Origin: Eledone cirrhosa | Lineage: Eukaryota | Assembly: GCA_964016885.1 (NCBI GenBank) | Contig: OZ024743.1 | Span: 14,012,001 to 14,076,000 of the forward strand | Direction: 5' to 3' | DNA length: 64,000 nucleotides | Part shown: positions 13,964-25,899 of the stretch, one piece after another | Position numbering within the stretch: the stretch's first letter is position 1 | Layout: each line of letters starts with the position of its first letter | The notes under the pieces: model-generated | Seen by the model: only the letters and a program-made list of their open reading frames with translations | What the model was told of the DNA's origin: nothing | Database searches by the model: none | Position numbers and translations under genes: made by a program

Positions 13964-16060
13964 ATGGCTACGAAAAAGAAATTTCATACGTCACTCCCAC
14001 TCATTCCGTCTTCTTCTTCCTCAATCATCACTACAGCAGAGAGAAGATTGTCTCTCTCCCTCCCTTCTTTAAATGTGTCTCTCTCCCTCCCTTCTCTTTC
14101 GCAAGTGACGAAAGAAAAGAAAAGTCTCGTGCAAAGCGTGCAAGGTTTCTCCACGACGACGACGACAGCGACGAAACAGGTGTGCGGGAAATACGAAAAC
14201 CCAGTTCATTCGTCTGACGTCAGGAATAATAGCAGTAGCAGCCGTAATAACAACTGCAACAGTGACAATGAAAACAACAGTAGCAGCCGCAACAGCATCA
14301 CCAGCAGCATAAACAACAACAGCATTAGCAGCAGCAACACCAACAACAACCACAGCAACAGCGGCGGAGGCAGTAGTCGTAGTACCTGCAGCAACAACAA
14401 AAGTACCAGCAGCTCTGACGACAACAACAACAGCAGAGAAAAACCAATCTCATTTGCAGGTATTGCGAAAAACTTGGAAACAATCCTCATAACAAATGAG
14501 GAATTAGAGGAAGCGAAGAAGATGGTGACAAAGAACGGACACCGAGCAATCTGCAAGGCAGCGGAAAAATTTTTCAAAACCCAAGAGCACTGTACGGTCA
14601 CGTACCGTACAGTAAGTACAAAATCCCGTAGGGTGGAAAGAGCCACAGAGGCCCAAATACAAAAAGCCTTGGGGTCTGTGTGGCAGCGGAAAACGCACAT
14701 CACCCGAGGCAAAAAATATGCCACCGTAGACGTACTTTTTGCCACACCCCAGGAGGCAAAGGCCCAATCAGTAGTGACCCTAAGGAGCGAGGAAATGGTG
14801 TTGGTGCCCTCCTACTGCGGGCAAAAAATTGTGAGGGTCAAACTGACCCACGTCCCCCCCGGAATGACCCCTTCTTGGCTGGCCGCGTCTGTCCTAATCG
14901 GAATCGAGGACAAAACAACTGTACTGCAAGTACAGAAAAAAGTAAGAGAAGATTGGGTCGGCTCCTCCATTGAGATGCTAATCCAAACCAACCAGGAGTG
15001 CATCGAAGCTATCCCGGATGTGATAGACTTCGATAACGGCACTCAACTGCCCATAAGTGTTGAGGGCAAACGCCCGAAATGCTTTCGCTGTGGATCGAAG
15101 ACTCACCTCAGGGCCTTCTGCAACGAGAAGACCCTGAGAAAGGAGAAAACCCCCCTCCTTCCGAATCCGGCTCCACGGCTACCAGCAACAGGACAAGCGG
15201 CAACCAGGAACGATAGGTCCGTGGCACCCATACCCACGCCACGGAAATCAAAAACAGCAGCAGCAGTGGAAATATTAACAACAACAACAGCAATACCAAA
15301 TGCAGCTGCAACAGAGACTCCAGTGCAAACATCACCAACAACAACAAGTGAAAGAGTGGAGCTGGTACCCCTCCCCGACCTCACAGAATCAGACATGGAG
15401 TGTGAGGTGGGAGAGGGATGGCAAAAGGTCGCAAGAAGGCACAAACGCAGAAGCAGCGCATCGTCGCCTTTGAAAAGGGAGGAAAGAAATGAGAAAAGGG
15501 TAAAGTCTACTGCAAAGAGACCCACAGCAGCAACAACACCAACACCATCACCACCCACACTAGCACCACCATCACCACCGGCGACAACCCCACCGCCAAC
15601 AACACCTTCAACACCACCACCACAAGCACCAACATCGCAAACACAACAACAAAACACACACACCCAGCAACAACGACAAGAAAATAGCAGAACCACACCC
15701 CACCCCCAGAAAAACAAATGCACGGCAATAAATACACACAACAAGAAACTAATGACTTACATAATTGAACACACAGACATTTCACAACAGGACTACATAA
15801 TACCAGCACCAATCAAAACGCCAACTAACATAAGACTGCTAAAAATAGCACAGAAACAATACACAAACATTAAAACGAAATTCCCCAACGCAGTTGGTGA
15901 TTTCAGGGACCTAGGAGGAACCATCAATCGAAGAGTATACTCAGACATTCTCTTAGAAGAGCCGACGACCAGCCGAAGGGACGATTCAACGGTCCCTTCA
16001 CCAGACGATCAAGTGAAAAGGGATGTAAAAACCATCCCTCCTCTACCAAAAGTACGGTAA
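13964..16060 (+). CDS. ORF1 (gag-like, CX2CX4HX4C zinc knuckle; S/N-rich and P/T-rich low-complexity regions)
   Basis: 698 aa; CFRCGSKTHLRAFC. Confidence 0.88.
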   Translation: MATKKKFHTSLPLIPSSSSSIITTAERRLSLSLPSLNVSLSLPSLSQVTKEKKSLVQSVQGFSTTTTTATKQVCGKYENPVHSSDVRNNSSSSRNNNCNSDNENNSSSRNSITSSINNNSISSSNTNNNHSNSGGGSSRSTCSNNKSTSSSDDNNNSREKPISFAGIAKNLETILITNEELEEAKKMVTKNGHRAICKAAEKFFKTQEHCTVTYRTVSTKSRRVERATEAQIQKALGSVWQRKTHITRGKKYATVDVLFATPQEAKAQSVVTLRSEEMVLVPSYCGQKIVRVKLTHVPPGMTPSWLAASVLIGIEDKTTVLQVQKKVREDWVGSSIEMLIQTNQECIEAIPDVIDFDNGTQLPISVEGKRPKCFRCGSKTHLRAFCNEKTLRKEKTPLLPNPAPRLPATGQAATRNDRSVAPIPTPRKSKTAAAVEILTTTTAIPNAAATETPVQTSPTTTSERVELVPLPDLTESDMECEVGEGWQKVARRHKRRSSASSPLKREERNEKRVKSTAKRPTAATTPTPSPPTLAPPSPPATTPPPTTPSTPPPQAPTSQTQQQNTHTQQQRQENSRTTPHPQKNKCTAINTHNKKLMTYIIEHTDISQQDYIIPAPIKTPTNIRLLKIAQKQYTNIKTKFPNAVGDFRDLGGTINRRVYSDILLEEPTTSRRDDSTVPSPDDQVKRDVKTIPPLPKVR

Positions 16061-16095
16061 GTGGTCTTTCCCATCTTTTCCACTCTATTTTAAAC

Positions 16096-19000
16096 ATGAC
16101 CTCACTCAGAATAGGCAGCATAAATGCGCGTGGCTTGGGGTCGTCATGGAAGCAGGGTCACCTGCTCAACGACCTCAGGTCACTAAACATAGATGTAGTG
16201 GCCATCAGCGAGACCAGAATCTCCGAAGCACGGGCCTTCGCACCGATCTTCGGCGGCTACGATGTGTACGCATCTCCGAGCCGTCCTGGATCGGGTGGAG
16301 GAGTTGCTGTGTTTTTCGGAGAGGTTTGGATCTCGCCATACGGGCCATCTTCCTGGACCCAGAGGGTAAGCTGGTGGTGCTGGACGTGACCAGCGGAGAC
16401 GGGCAAGCTTTCAGGCTAGTGGCCGTCTATGCCCCGACAGGAGCAGGGCGGCCTGATTTCTTCCGGCGTCTGGAAACCTTTCTTGGAACGTCCCGCTCTT
16501 TAGTGTTAGTGGGCGACTGGAACGGGATCTTAGATGCACGCTGGGACTGTGTGGGATTAGCGGATAGGGGTGGAGGGTGCAAGAGCCTCACCAACCTGCT
16601 CAGGCGTTTTGAACTGTCTGACAGGTACCGATTGGATTTCCCGAATGTGCCAATGTGGACTTGGACAAACCGCATAGGGTCATCCAGATCATATCTAGAT
16701 AGAGTATTTTGTAGGGAAATAGATAGGTCTAGCATAGGCTGTCCACAATTCAAGATAGTCAGCTACACGGACCACAAATTCGTGACCTGTGTGCTTGACT
16801 TAGATAGGCTTCATAGACGAGGACCCGGCTACTGGAAGCTAAACGCGTCCTTACCAGCGCGCAAGGCCTACAGAGACCGGATTAGCGAACTAGTTAAGCG
16901 GGCGTTGACGGGAGCCATCGTCAACAACAAGTGGTGGTTTGCTCTGAAAAGAGCGATTAGAATAGAATCGATTAGGTTTAGTAAGGCTTTAGCAATAGAG
17001 AAAAATAGAGCAGAGGGAGAACTAGTTAGAAAATTAGACGAGGCGCTTAGCAAAGGCATTGCGACCGACGTGCTTGCGGCGAAATTGGCCCTTGACCAAT
17101 TCTTCAATGCAAAGCACGAAGGCTGCGTTGTCAGAGCTAGGGTGCGTGCTCTCAGACACGAGGGGACGAAAGCCGTTCAATGGGCCCGAGTGGCGGAGGC
17201 GCGTCGTGGCAACAAAGCCACGATCCGGTCTTTGGTGGACCACGACGGGCGCATGCTACTCGATCCCGGGCAAATGTGTGAAGCTTTTCAGCGACACTTC
17301 GCTCAGCTGTTCGGGGGCAGCGGGGGGCCGGGTAGAGGGATGGACTTTAGTGTCTACCTCGACGGACTGCCGCGGCTCTCGGCCACTGAGGCGAAGTGTT
17401 GCGAAAAGCCGATAACAGCCGCTGAAGTACGGGAGGCAATGACTGGCTGCACAAGGGGTAAATCGCCTGGTTTGGATGGTCTGCCCTATGAACTTTACGT
17501 ACAGATGCCAGACTTGTTCGGAGGCCTCTTGGCGGACGTCTACTGCAACTGGCAACAGAACGGGAGAATTCCCAGTTCTGTGAGCCGAGGAGCGGTGGCA
17601 CTGCTGAGAAAGGATCCGAACAAGGGGGATAACATAGACAATTTCCGGCCCATAACTCTGCTAAACACAGAGTTTAAGATTTTGGCCAAGGTGCTAGCAA
17701 AGAGGTTGGCGCTTGTCGTTGGTGGTCTGGTGGGAGAGGCGCAGACATGCGCCATTCCCGACAGATCCATCCACGACAACCTCCACCTCATGCGATACAT
17801 CGTAGAGAGGGTAGCTAGGGAACCTGGCACGGGTGGGTCCTTGATCAATTTAGATCAGTCGAAAGCTTTCGATAGGGTCGACCATCGTTACCTAGCGGCA
17901 GTCCTGAGGGCGGCTGGCTTTGGGCCCGTCTTCAGAGGCTGGATCGCTGCCATGCACAGCGACATCTGCTCTGTGGTGAGAGTGAACGGTCACCTGTCGG
18001 AACCGTTCAACATCATGCGCTCGGTCCGCCAAGGATGTCCCCTCTCGTCCCTCTTGTACGTATTGACTCTCGAGCCATTACTGCACAAACTGGAGACGTT
18101 GAGGGGAGTCCCGCGCGAACTAGGATGCGGAAGATCCGTGTCAGCATATGCGGACGATGTCACCGTAGTGGTGTCGAACGCCAAACACATCGAGGCGATC
18201 GGCACTACACTAAGAGAATACGAAGCGGTGACAGGAGCAATGATCAACCAGGAAAAGTCAGTGGGCCTGCAGCTCGGCACCTGGAGAGGCAGGTCCATGC
18301 CGTCCAACAGCGTCGTCGGGCGCTGGACGGACGGACCGGTTAAATTGCTAGGGGTCTGGTTCGGTCCGGACCTCCAGACGGACAAAAACTGGGACGAGGT
18401 GACGAGCAGGGTGGCTTCTCTCACCCAGAAATGGGCGGAGAGGAAGCTATCCCTGAAAGGTCGAGCGGAGGTGGCTAACGCGTACATCCCGTCCGTCATC
18501 TGCTACCGCCTAACCGTCGTACCTTGTCCTAAGCCTCGCCTGACTGTGCTGGAGCGTTTGCTCTTTCGCTTTTTGTGGAATGGACGCGCTCCGATGGTCA
18601 GGCGGTCCATCTGTTGTCAACACCCGCTACGTGGAGGGCTGGGCATGCCGTGGCTGATGATGCGCAGGCACGCGCTCAGGCTACGACATCTCCACCTCTT
18701 CCTCGACGGTGATCAGGTGTGGTCGCCGTTTGCTAGACGCGTTTTTCCCCAGCTCGTTTCCTTGACGGAGCTGCAGTCCTGGGACAAGCAAAGACCGAGA
18801 GGGAACGCCTGGAGACTGGAATGTCTTCAGGCGCTCACAGCCCTCGACCAATCGGGCAATGTGATCGGTGGAAACTCCACCTCGGCGTTCTATAGAGGAT
18901 TAGTGGAGGGGAAGAGCGACGACGTACTTGGGGAAACTCTAGGCGTCGACGAAAATCAACTAGCCAATCTCTTCGGAAGAACTTTCGGGCCAGGGCCTAT

Positions 19001-19514
19001 GGACAACTTCCAGAAATCTCTGGCCTGACAGTGCTACCGAGGAGCCTTGCCAGTTCGGGATAAACTCTACAGGCATGGAGGTGCCGTCAGCCGGGCATGT
19101 CCGAGATGCGCGCAGGGCGACGAAACCGTCCTGCACGCACTCGTCCAGTGTCCGAAAATTGCTGACTTGTGGGTTTATGTCGAACACCTGCTGTCGCGTT
19201 TAGGACGGATCCAGCTATCATCTGAGTCTATCGTGAGGATTGCCCCGCCCTCCTCCTTTAGCCGGGAAGGGCAGGCAGTTTTTATCTGTCTGGTGGCCAT
19301 GGCGAAAGAGATAGTATGGTGGACACGTTTGAAAGGGCTGAAGACGAGCACTTACCTCTTCGGTGATGCTCTGATTGACTTTTTCAAATTTCATTTGAAA
19401 AGGAAAATCAGAGTAGAGAAGGAAGTGCTCTCTTCCCAGCATTTTGTTGAAAGATGGGTGAGAGAAGCAAGAATGGCCCGAGTGAATGGGCCGACTCTGA
19501 GTATATATCTGTAA
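16096..19514 (+). pseudogene. ORF2 (APE endonuclease + RT), frameshifted and with a premature stop
   Basis: Compared with copy 2: net 1-bp loss near 16311 (gtgtttttcgg vs gtactttttcgg) and TGG>TGA at 19026-19028. Confidence 0.93.
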
Positions 19515-19775
19515 ACTAAAGGTGGAAAACTGGGAGAGGGCACTTGCCTTGGTGGTCAGGGTCATTGTGGCTTTTTACTGGGCTTTCTCCACAAATGTCC
19601 CTCCGAAGTCTCCCCCCTATTGGGGAATTTTTTCATTGTTATTTTCATTGTTATTTTTGTTACATCCTCTGTTTTTGTTTTTTTACACGCAGAAATGCCC
19701 ATTTGTACCGTCCTGCATTGTCCTGCACTGTCCTTAATGTCTACTTTATGTAAACCCTTGTGGTTAATAAAGAAA

Positions 19776-19777
<2 letters not shown>

Positions 19778-19816
<39 letters not shown>
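19778..19816. repeat. (ATT)n between the tandem elements
   Basis: Seen directly. Confidence 0.98.
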
Positions 19817-20029
19817 GAATGCCATGGTTGACGGAGGCTCGGCTCTGTAAGGTATAGTAATTTTTAACCGTTAAAACAATTGTAAATTGTTTAAAACTTG
19901 AACCAAATTGTTGATAAAGACACCCTCCTCCTCGTGAGAGGGGTCTTTCTGTCCGTTATTTGGCCCTTCGGGGTTAAATAACCAGTTATTGGGGTTTTGT
20001 ACCCAAAATTTCATTTTAAACAAAAAAAC

Positions 20030-22123
20030 ATGGCTACCAAAAAGAAATTTCATACGTCACTCCCACTCATTCCGTCTTCTTCTTCCTCAATCATCACTAC
20101 AGCAGAGAGAAGATTGTCTCTCTCCCTCCCTTCTTTAAATGTGTCTCTCTCCCTCCCTTCTCTTTCGCAAGCGACGAAAGAAAAGAAAAGTCTCGTGCAA
20201 AGCGTGCAAGGTTTCTCCACGACGACGACGACAGCGACGAAACAGGTGTGCGGGAAATACGAAAACCCAGTTCATTCGTCTGACGTCAGGAATAATAGCA
20301 GTAGCAGCCGTAATAACAACAGCAACAGTGACAATGAAAACAACAGTAGCAGCCGCAACAGCATCACCAGCAGCATAAACAACAACAGCATTAGCAGCAG
20401 CAACACCAACAATAACCACAGCAACAGCGGCGGAGGCAGTAGTCGTAGTACCTGCAGCAACAAAAGTACCAGCAGCTCTGACGACAACAACAACAGCAGA
20501 GAAAAACCAATCTCATTTGCAGGTATTGCGAAAAACTTGGAAACAATCCTCATAACAAATGAGGAATTAGAGGAAGCGAAGAAGATGGTGACAAAGAACG
20601 GACACCGAGCAATCTGCAAGGCAGCGAAAAATTTTTTCGAAACCCAAGAGCACTGTACGGTCACATACCGTACAGTAAGTACAAAATCCCGTAGGGTGGA
20701 AAGAGCCACAGAGGCCCAAATACAAAAAGCCTTGGGGTCTGTGTGGCAGAGGAAAACGCACATCACCCGAGGCAAAAAATACGCCACCGTAGACGTACTT
20801 TTTGCCACACCCCAGGAGGCAAAGGCCCAATCAGTAGTGACCCTAAGGAGCGAGGAAATGGTGTTGGTGCCCTCCTACTGCGGGCAAAAAATTGTGAGGG
20901 TCAAACTGACCCACGTCCCCCCCGGAATGACCCCTTCTTGGCTGGCCGCGTCTGTCCTCGTCGGAATCGAGGACAAAACAACTGTACTGCAAGTACAGAA
21001 AAAAGTAAGAGAAGATTGGGTCGGCTCCTCCATTGAGATGCTAATCCAAACCAACCAGGAGTGCATCGAAGCTATCCCGGATGTGATAGACTTCGATAAC
21101 GGCACTCAACTGCCCATAAGTGTTGAGGGCAAACGCCCGAAATGCTTTCGCTGTGGATCGAAGACTCACCTCAGGGCCTTCTGCAACGAGAAGACCCTGA
21201 GAAAGGAGAAAACCCCCCTCCTTCCGAATCCGGCTCCACGGCTACCAGCAACAGGACAAGCGGCAACCAGGAACGATAGGTCCGTGGCACCCATACCCAC
21301 TCCACGGAAATCAAAAACAGCAGCAGCAGTGGAAATATTAACAACAACAACAGCAATACCAAATGCAGCTGCAACAGAGACTCCAGTGCAAACATCACCA
21401 ACAACAACAAGTGAAAGAGTGGAGCTGGTACCCCTCCCCGACCTCACAGAATCAGACATGGAGTGTGAGGTGGGAGAGGGATGGCAAAAGGTCGCAAGAA
21501 GGCACAAACGCAGAAGCAGCGCATCGTCGCCTTTGAAAAGGGAGGAAAGAAATGAGAAAAGGGTAAAGTCTACTGCAAAGAGACCCACAGCAGCAACACC
21601 ACCAACACCATCACCACCCACACCAGTACCACCATCAGCACCGGCGACAACCCCACCGCCAACAACACCTTCAACACCACCACCACAAGCACCAACATCG
21701 CAAACACAACAACAAAACACACACACCCAGCAACAACGACAAGAAAATAGTAGAACCACACCCCACCCCCAGAAAAACAAATGCACGGCAATAAATACAC
21801 ACAACAAGAAACTAATGACTTACATAATTGAACACACAGACATTTCACAACAGGACTACATAATACCAGCACCAATCAAAACGCCAACTAACATAAGACT
21901 GCTAAAAATAGCACAGAAACAATACACAAACATTAAAACGAAATTCCCCAACGCAGTTGGTGATTTCAGGGACCTAGGAGGAACCATCAATCGAAGAGTA
22001 TACTCAGACATTCTCTTAGAAGAGCCGACGACCAGCCGAAGGGACGATTCAACGGTCCCTTCACCAGACGATCAAGTGAAAAGGGATGTAAAAACCATCC
22101 CTCCTCTACCAAAAGTACGGTAA
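20030..22123 (+). CDS. ORF1 (gag-like, CCHC zinc knuckle)
   Basis: ATG at 20030 corresponds to 13964 in copy 1. Confidence 0.88.
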   Translation: MATKKKFHTSLPLIPSSSSSIITTAERRLSLSLPSLNVSLSLPSLSQATKEKKSLVQSVQGFSTTTTTATKQVCGKYENPVHSSDVRNNSSSSRNNNSNSDNENNSSSRNSITSSINNNSISSSNTNNNHSNSGGGSSRSTCSNKSTSSSDDNNNSREKPISFAGIAKNLETILITNEELEEAKKMVTKNGHRAICKAAKNFFETQEHCTVTYRTVSTKSRRVERATEAQIQKALGSVWQRKTHITRGKKYATVDVLFATPQEAKAQSVVTLRSEEMVLVPSYCGQKIVRVKLTHVPPGMTPSWLAASVLVGIEDKTTVLQVQKKVREDWVGSSIEMLIQTNQECIEAIPDVIDFDNGTQLPISVEGKRPKCFRCGSKTHLRAFCNEKTLRKEKTPLLPNPAPRLPATGQAATRNDRSVAPIPTPRKSKTAAAVEILTTTTAIPNAAATETPVQTSPTTTSERVELVPLPDLTESDMECEVGEGWQKVARRHKRRSSASSPLKREERNEKRVKSTAKRPTAATPPTPSPPTPVPPSAPATTPPPTTPSTPPPQAPTSQTQQQNTHTQQQRQENSRTTPHPQKNKCTAINTHNKKLMTYIIEHTDISQQDYIIPAPIKTPTNIRLLKIAQKQYTNIKTKFPNAVGDFRDLGGTINRRVYSDILLEEPTTSRRDDSTVPSPDDQVKRDVKTIPPLPKVR

Positions 22124-22158
22124 GTGGTCTTTCCCATCTTTTCCACTCTATTTTAAAC

Positions 22159-25100
22159 ATGACCTCACTCAGAATAGGCAGCATAAATGCGCGTGGCTTG
22201 GGGTCGTCATGGAAGCAGGGTCACCTGCTCAACGACCTCAGGTCACTAAACATAGATGTAGTGGCCATCAGCGAGACCAGAATCTCCGAAGCACGGGCCT
22301 TCGCACCGATCTTCGGCGGCTACGATGTGTACGCATCTCCCAGCCGTCCTGGATCCGGTGGAGGAGTTGCTGTACTTTTTCGGAGAGGTTTGGATCTCGC
22401 CATACGGGCCATCTTCCTGGACCCAGAGGGTAAGCTGGTGGTGCTGGACGTGACCAGCGGAGACGGGCAAGCTTTCAGGCTAGTGGCCGTCTATGCCCCG
22501 ACAGGAGCAGGGCGGCCTGATTTCTTCCGGCGTCTGGAGACCTTTCTTGGAACGTCCCGCTCTTTAGTGTTAGTGGGCGACTGGAACGGGATCTTAGATG
22601 CACGCTGGGACTGTGTGGGATTAGCGGATAGGGGTGGAGGGTGCAAGAGCCTCACCAACCTGCTCAGGCGTTTTGAACTGTCTGACAGGTACCGATTGGA
22701 TTTCCCGAATGTGCCAATGTGGACTTGGACAAACCGCATAGGGTCATCCAGATCATATCTAGATAGAGTATTTTGTAGGGAAATAGATAGGCCTAGCATA
22801 GGCTGTCCACAATTCAAGATAGTCAGCTACACGGACCACAAATTCGTGATCTGTGTGCTTGACTTAGATAGGCTTCATAGACGAGGACCCGGCTACTGGA
22901 AGCTAAACGCGTCCTTACCAGCGCGCAAGGCCTACAGAGACCGGATTAGCGAACTAGTTAAGCGGGCGTTGACGGGGGCCATCGTCAACAACAAGTGGTG
23001 GTTTGCTCTGAAAAGAGCGATTAGAATAGAATCGATTAGATTTAGTAAGGCTTTAGCAATAGAGAAAAATAGAGCAGAGGGAGAACTAGTTAGAAAATTA
23101 GACGAGGCGCTTAGCAAAGGCATTGCGACCGACGTGCTTGCGGCGAAATTGGCCCTTGACCAATTCTTCAATGCAAAGCACGAAGGCTGCGTTGTCAGAG
23201 CAAGGGTGCGTGCTCTCAGATACGAGGGGACGAAAGCCGTTCAATGGGCCCGAGTGGCGGAGGCGCGTCGTGGCAACAAAGCCACGATCCGGTCTTTGGT
23301 GGACCACGACGGGCGCATGCTACTCGATCCCGGGAAAATGTGTGAAGCTTTTCAGCGACACTTCGCTCAGCTGTTCGGGGGCAGCGGTGGGCCGGGTAGA
23401 AGGATGGACTTTAGTGTCTACCTCGACGGACTGCCGCGGCTCTCGGCCACTGAGGCGAAGTGTTGCGAAAAGCCGATAACAGCCGCTGAAGTAAGGGAGG
23501 CAATGACTGGCTGCACAAGGGGTAAATCGCCTGGTTTGGATGGTCTGCCCTATGAACTTTACGTACAGATGCCAGACTTGTTCGGAGGCCTCTTGGCGTA
23601 CGTCTACTGCAACTGGCAACAGAACGGGAGAATTCCCAGTTCTGTGTGCCGAGGAGCGGTGGCACTGCTGAGAAAGGATCCGAACAAGGGGGATAACATA
23701 GAAAATTTCCGGCCCATAACTCTGCTAAACACAGAGTTTAAGATTTTGGCCAAGGTGCTAGCAAAGAGGTTGGCGCTTGTCGTTGGTGGTCTGGTGGGAG
23801 AGGCGCAGACATGCGCCATTCCCGACAGATCCATCCACGACAACCTCCACCTCATGCGATACATCGTAGAGAGGGTAGCTAGGGAACCTGGCACGGGTGG
23901 GTCCTTGATCAATTTAGATCAGTCGAAAGCTTTCGATAGGGTCGACCATCGTTACCTAGCGGCAGTCCTGAGGGCGGCTGGCTTTGGGCCCGTCTTCAGA
24001 GGCTGGATCGCTGCCATGCACAGCGACATCTGCTCTGTGGTGAGAGTGAACGGTCACCTGTCGGAACCGTTCAACATCATGCGCTCGGTCCGCCAAGGAT
24101 GTCCCCTCTCGTCCCTCTTGTACGTATTGACTCTCGAGCCATTACTGCACAAACTGGAGACGTTGAGGGGGGTCCCGCGCGAACTAGGATGCGGAAGATC
24201 CGTATCAGCATATGCGGACGATGTCACCGTAGTGGTGTCGAACGCCAAACACATCGAGGCGATCGGCACTACACTAAGAGAATATGAAGCGGTGACAGGA
24301 GCAATGATCAACCAGGAAAAGTCAGTGGGCCTGCAGCTCGGCACCTGGAGAGGCAGGTCCATGCCGTCCAACAGCGTCGTCGGACGCTGGACGGACGGAC
24401 CGGTTAAATTGCTAGGGGTCTGGTTCGGTCCGGACCTCCAGACGGACAAAAACTGGGACGAGGTGACGAGCAGGGTGGCTTCTCTCACCCAGAAATGGGC
24501 CGAGAGGAAGCTATCCCTGAAAGGTCGAGCGGAGGTGGCTAACGCGTACATCGCGTCCGTCATCTGCTACCGCCTGACCGTCGTACCTTGTCCTAAGCCT
24601 CGCCTGACTGTGCTGGAGCGTTTGCTCTTTCGCTTTTTGTGGAAGGGACGCGCTCCGATGGTCAGGCGGTCCATCTGTTGTCAACACCCGCTACGTGGAG
24701 GGCTGGGCATGCCGTGGCTGATGATGCGCAGGCACGCGCTCAGGCTACGACATCTCCACCTCTTCCTCGACGGTGATCAGGTGTGGTCGCCGTTTGCTAG
24801 ACGCGTGTTTCCCCAGCTCGTTTCCTTGACGGAGCTGCAGTCCTGGGTCAAGCGAAGACCGAGAGGGAGCGCCTGGAGACTGGAATGTCTTCAGGCGCTC
24901 ACAGCCCTCGACCAATCGGGCAATGTGATCGGTGGAAACTCCACCTCGGCGTTCTATAGAGGATTAGTGGAGGGGAAGAGCGACGACGTACTTGGGGAAA
25001 CTCTAGGCGTCGACGAAAATCAACTAGCCAATCTCTTCGGAAGAACTTTCGGGCCGGGGCCTATGGACAACTTCCAGAAATCTCTGGCCTGGCAGTGCTA

Positions 25101-25578
25101 CCGAGGAGCCTTGCCAGTTCGGGATAAACTCTACAGGCATGGAGGTGCCGTCAGCCGGGCATGTCCGAGATGCGCGCAGGGCGACGAAACCGTCCTGCAC
25201 GCACTCGTCCAGTGTCCGAAAATTGCTGACTTGTGGGTTTATGTCGAACACCTGCTGTCGCGTTTAGGACGGATCCAGCTATCATCTGAGTCTATCGTGA
25301 GGATTGCCCCGCCCTCCTCCTTTAGCCGGGAAGGGCAGGCAGTTTTTATCTGTCTGGTGGCCATGGCGAAAGAGATAGTATGGTGGACACGTTTGAAAGG
25401 GCTGAAGACGAGCACTTACCTCTTCGGTGATGCTCTGATTGACTTTTTCAAATTTCATTTGAAAAGGAAAATCAGAGTAGAGAAGGAAGTGCTCTCTTCC
25501 CAGCATTTTGTTGAAAGATGGGTGAGAGAAGCAAGAATGGCCCGAGTGAATGGGCCGACTCTGAGTATATATCTGTAA
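22159..25578 (+). CDS. ORF2: APE endonuclease + reverse transcriptase + C-terminal Cys/His motif
   Basis: 1139 aa; SINARG, SETR, VYAP, GDWN, YLDR, TDH; KSPGLDG, FRPITLLN, LDQSKAFDRV, VRQGCPLS, YADD; CPRC..ETVLH...C. Confidence 0.97.
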   Translation: MTSLRIGSINARGLGSSWKQGHLLNDLRSLNIDVVAISETRISEARAFAPIFGGYDVYASPSRPGSGGGVAVLFRRGLDLAIRAIFLDPEGKLVVLDVTSGDGQAFRLVAVYAPTGAGRPDFFRRLETFLGTSRSLVLVGDWNGILDARWDCVGLADRGGGCKSLTNLLRRFELSDRYRLDFPNVPMWTWTNRIGSSRSYLDRVFCREIDRPSIGCPQFKIVSYTDHKFVICVLDLDRLHRRGPGYWKLNASLPARKAYRDRISELVKRALTGAIVNNKWWFALKRAIRIESIRFSKALAIEKNRAEGELVRKLDEALSKGIATDVLAAKLALDQFFNAKHEGCVVRARVRALRYEGTKAVQWARVAEARRGNKATIRSLVDHDGRMLLDPGKMCEAFQRHFAQLFGGSGGPGRRMDFSVYLDGLPRLSATEAKCCEKPITAAEVREAMTGCTRGKSPGLDGLPYELYVQMPDLFGGLLAYVYCNWQQNGRIPSSVCRGAVALLRKDPNKGDNIENFRPITLLNTEFKILAKVLAKRLALVVGGLVGEAQTCAIPDRSIHDNLHLMRYIVERVAREPGTGGSLINLDQSKAFDRVDHRYLAAVLRAAGFGPVFRGWIAAMHSDICSVVRVNGHLSEPFNIMRSVRQGCPLSSLLYVLTLEPLLHKLETLRGVPRELGCGRSVSAYADDVTVVVSNAKHIEAIGTTLREYEAVTGAMINQEKSVGLQLGTWRGRSMPSNSVVGRWTDGPVKLLGVWFGPDLQTDKNWDEVTSRVASLTQKWAERKLSLKGRAEVANAYIASVICYRLTVVPCPKPRLTVLERLLFRFLWKGRAPMVRRSICCQHPLRGGLGMPWLMMRRHALRLRHLHLFLDGDQVWSPFARRVFPQLVSLTELQSWVKRRPRGSAWRLECLQALTALDQSGNVIGGNSTSAFYRGLVEGKSDDVLGETLGVDENQLANLFGRTFGPGPMDNFQKSLAWQCYRGALPVRDKLYRHGGAVSRACPRCAQGDETVLHALVQCPKIADLWVYVEHLLSRLGRIQLSSESIVRIAPPSSFSREGQAVFICLVAMAKEIVWWTRLKGLKTSTYLFGDALIDFFKFHLKRKIRVEKEVLSSQHFVERWVREARMARVNGPTLSIYL

Positions 25579-25838
25579 ACTAAAGGTGGAAAACTGGGAG
25601 AGGGCACTTGCCTTGGTGGTCAGGGTCATTGTGGCTTTTTACTGGGCTTTCTCCACAAATGTCCCTCCGAAGTCTCCCCCCTATTGGGGAATTTTTCATT
25701 GTTATTTTCATTGTTATTTTTGTTACATCCTCTGTTTTTGTTTTTTTACACGCAGAAATGCCCATTTGTACCGTCCTGCATTGTCCTGCACTGTCCTTAA
25801 TGTCTACTTTATGTAAACCCTTGTGGTTAATAAAGAAA

Positions 25839-25840
<2 letters not shown>

Positions 25841-25898
<58 letters not shown>
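25841..25898. repeat. (ATT)n/(TAA)n tract shared by the Tx1 3' end and the R4/Dong 3' end
   Basis: Seen directly. Confidence 0.97.

Positions 25899-25899
<1 letters not shown>

Larger units (their letters stand above)
13749..19777 (+). mobile_element. Full-length L1/Tx1-type non-LTR retrotransposon, copy 1 (ORF2 disrupted)
   Basis: Starts GAATGCCATGG after (ATT)n and ends AATAAAGAAATC before (ATT)n; ORF1 with CCHC knuckle; ORF2 APE-RT-Zn. Confidence 0.95.
19817..25840 (+). mobile_element. Full-length L1/Tx1-type non-LTR retrotransposon, copy 2 (intact, potentially active)
   Basis: Same 5' and 3' termini as copy 1, scattered substitutions, both ORFs open. Confidence 0.96.

Noticed and set aside
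14069-25629. Antisense and alternate-frame ORFs over the Tx1 elements
   Set aside because: They are shadows of GC-richer coding sequence with no recognisable motifs.
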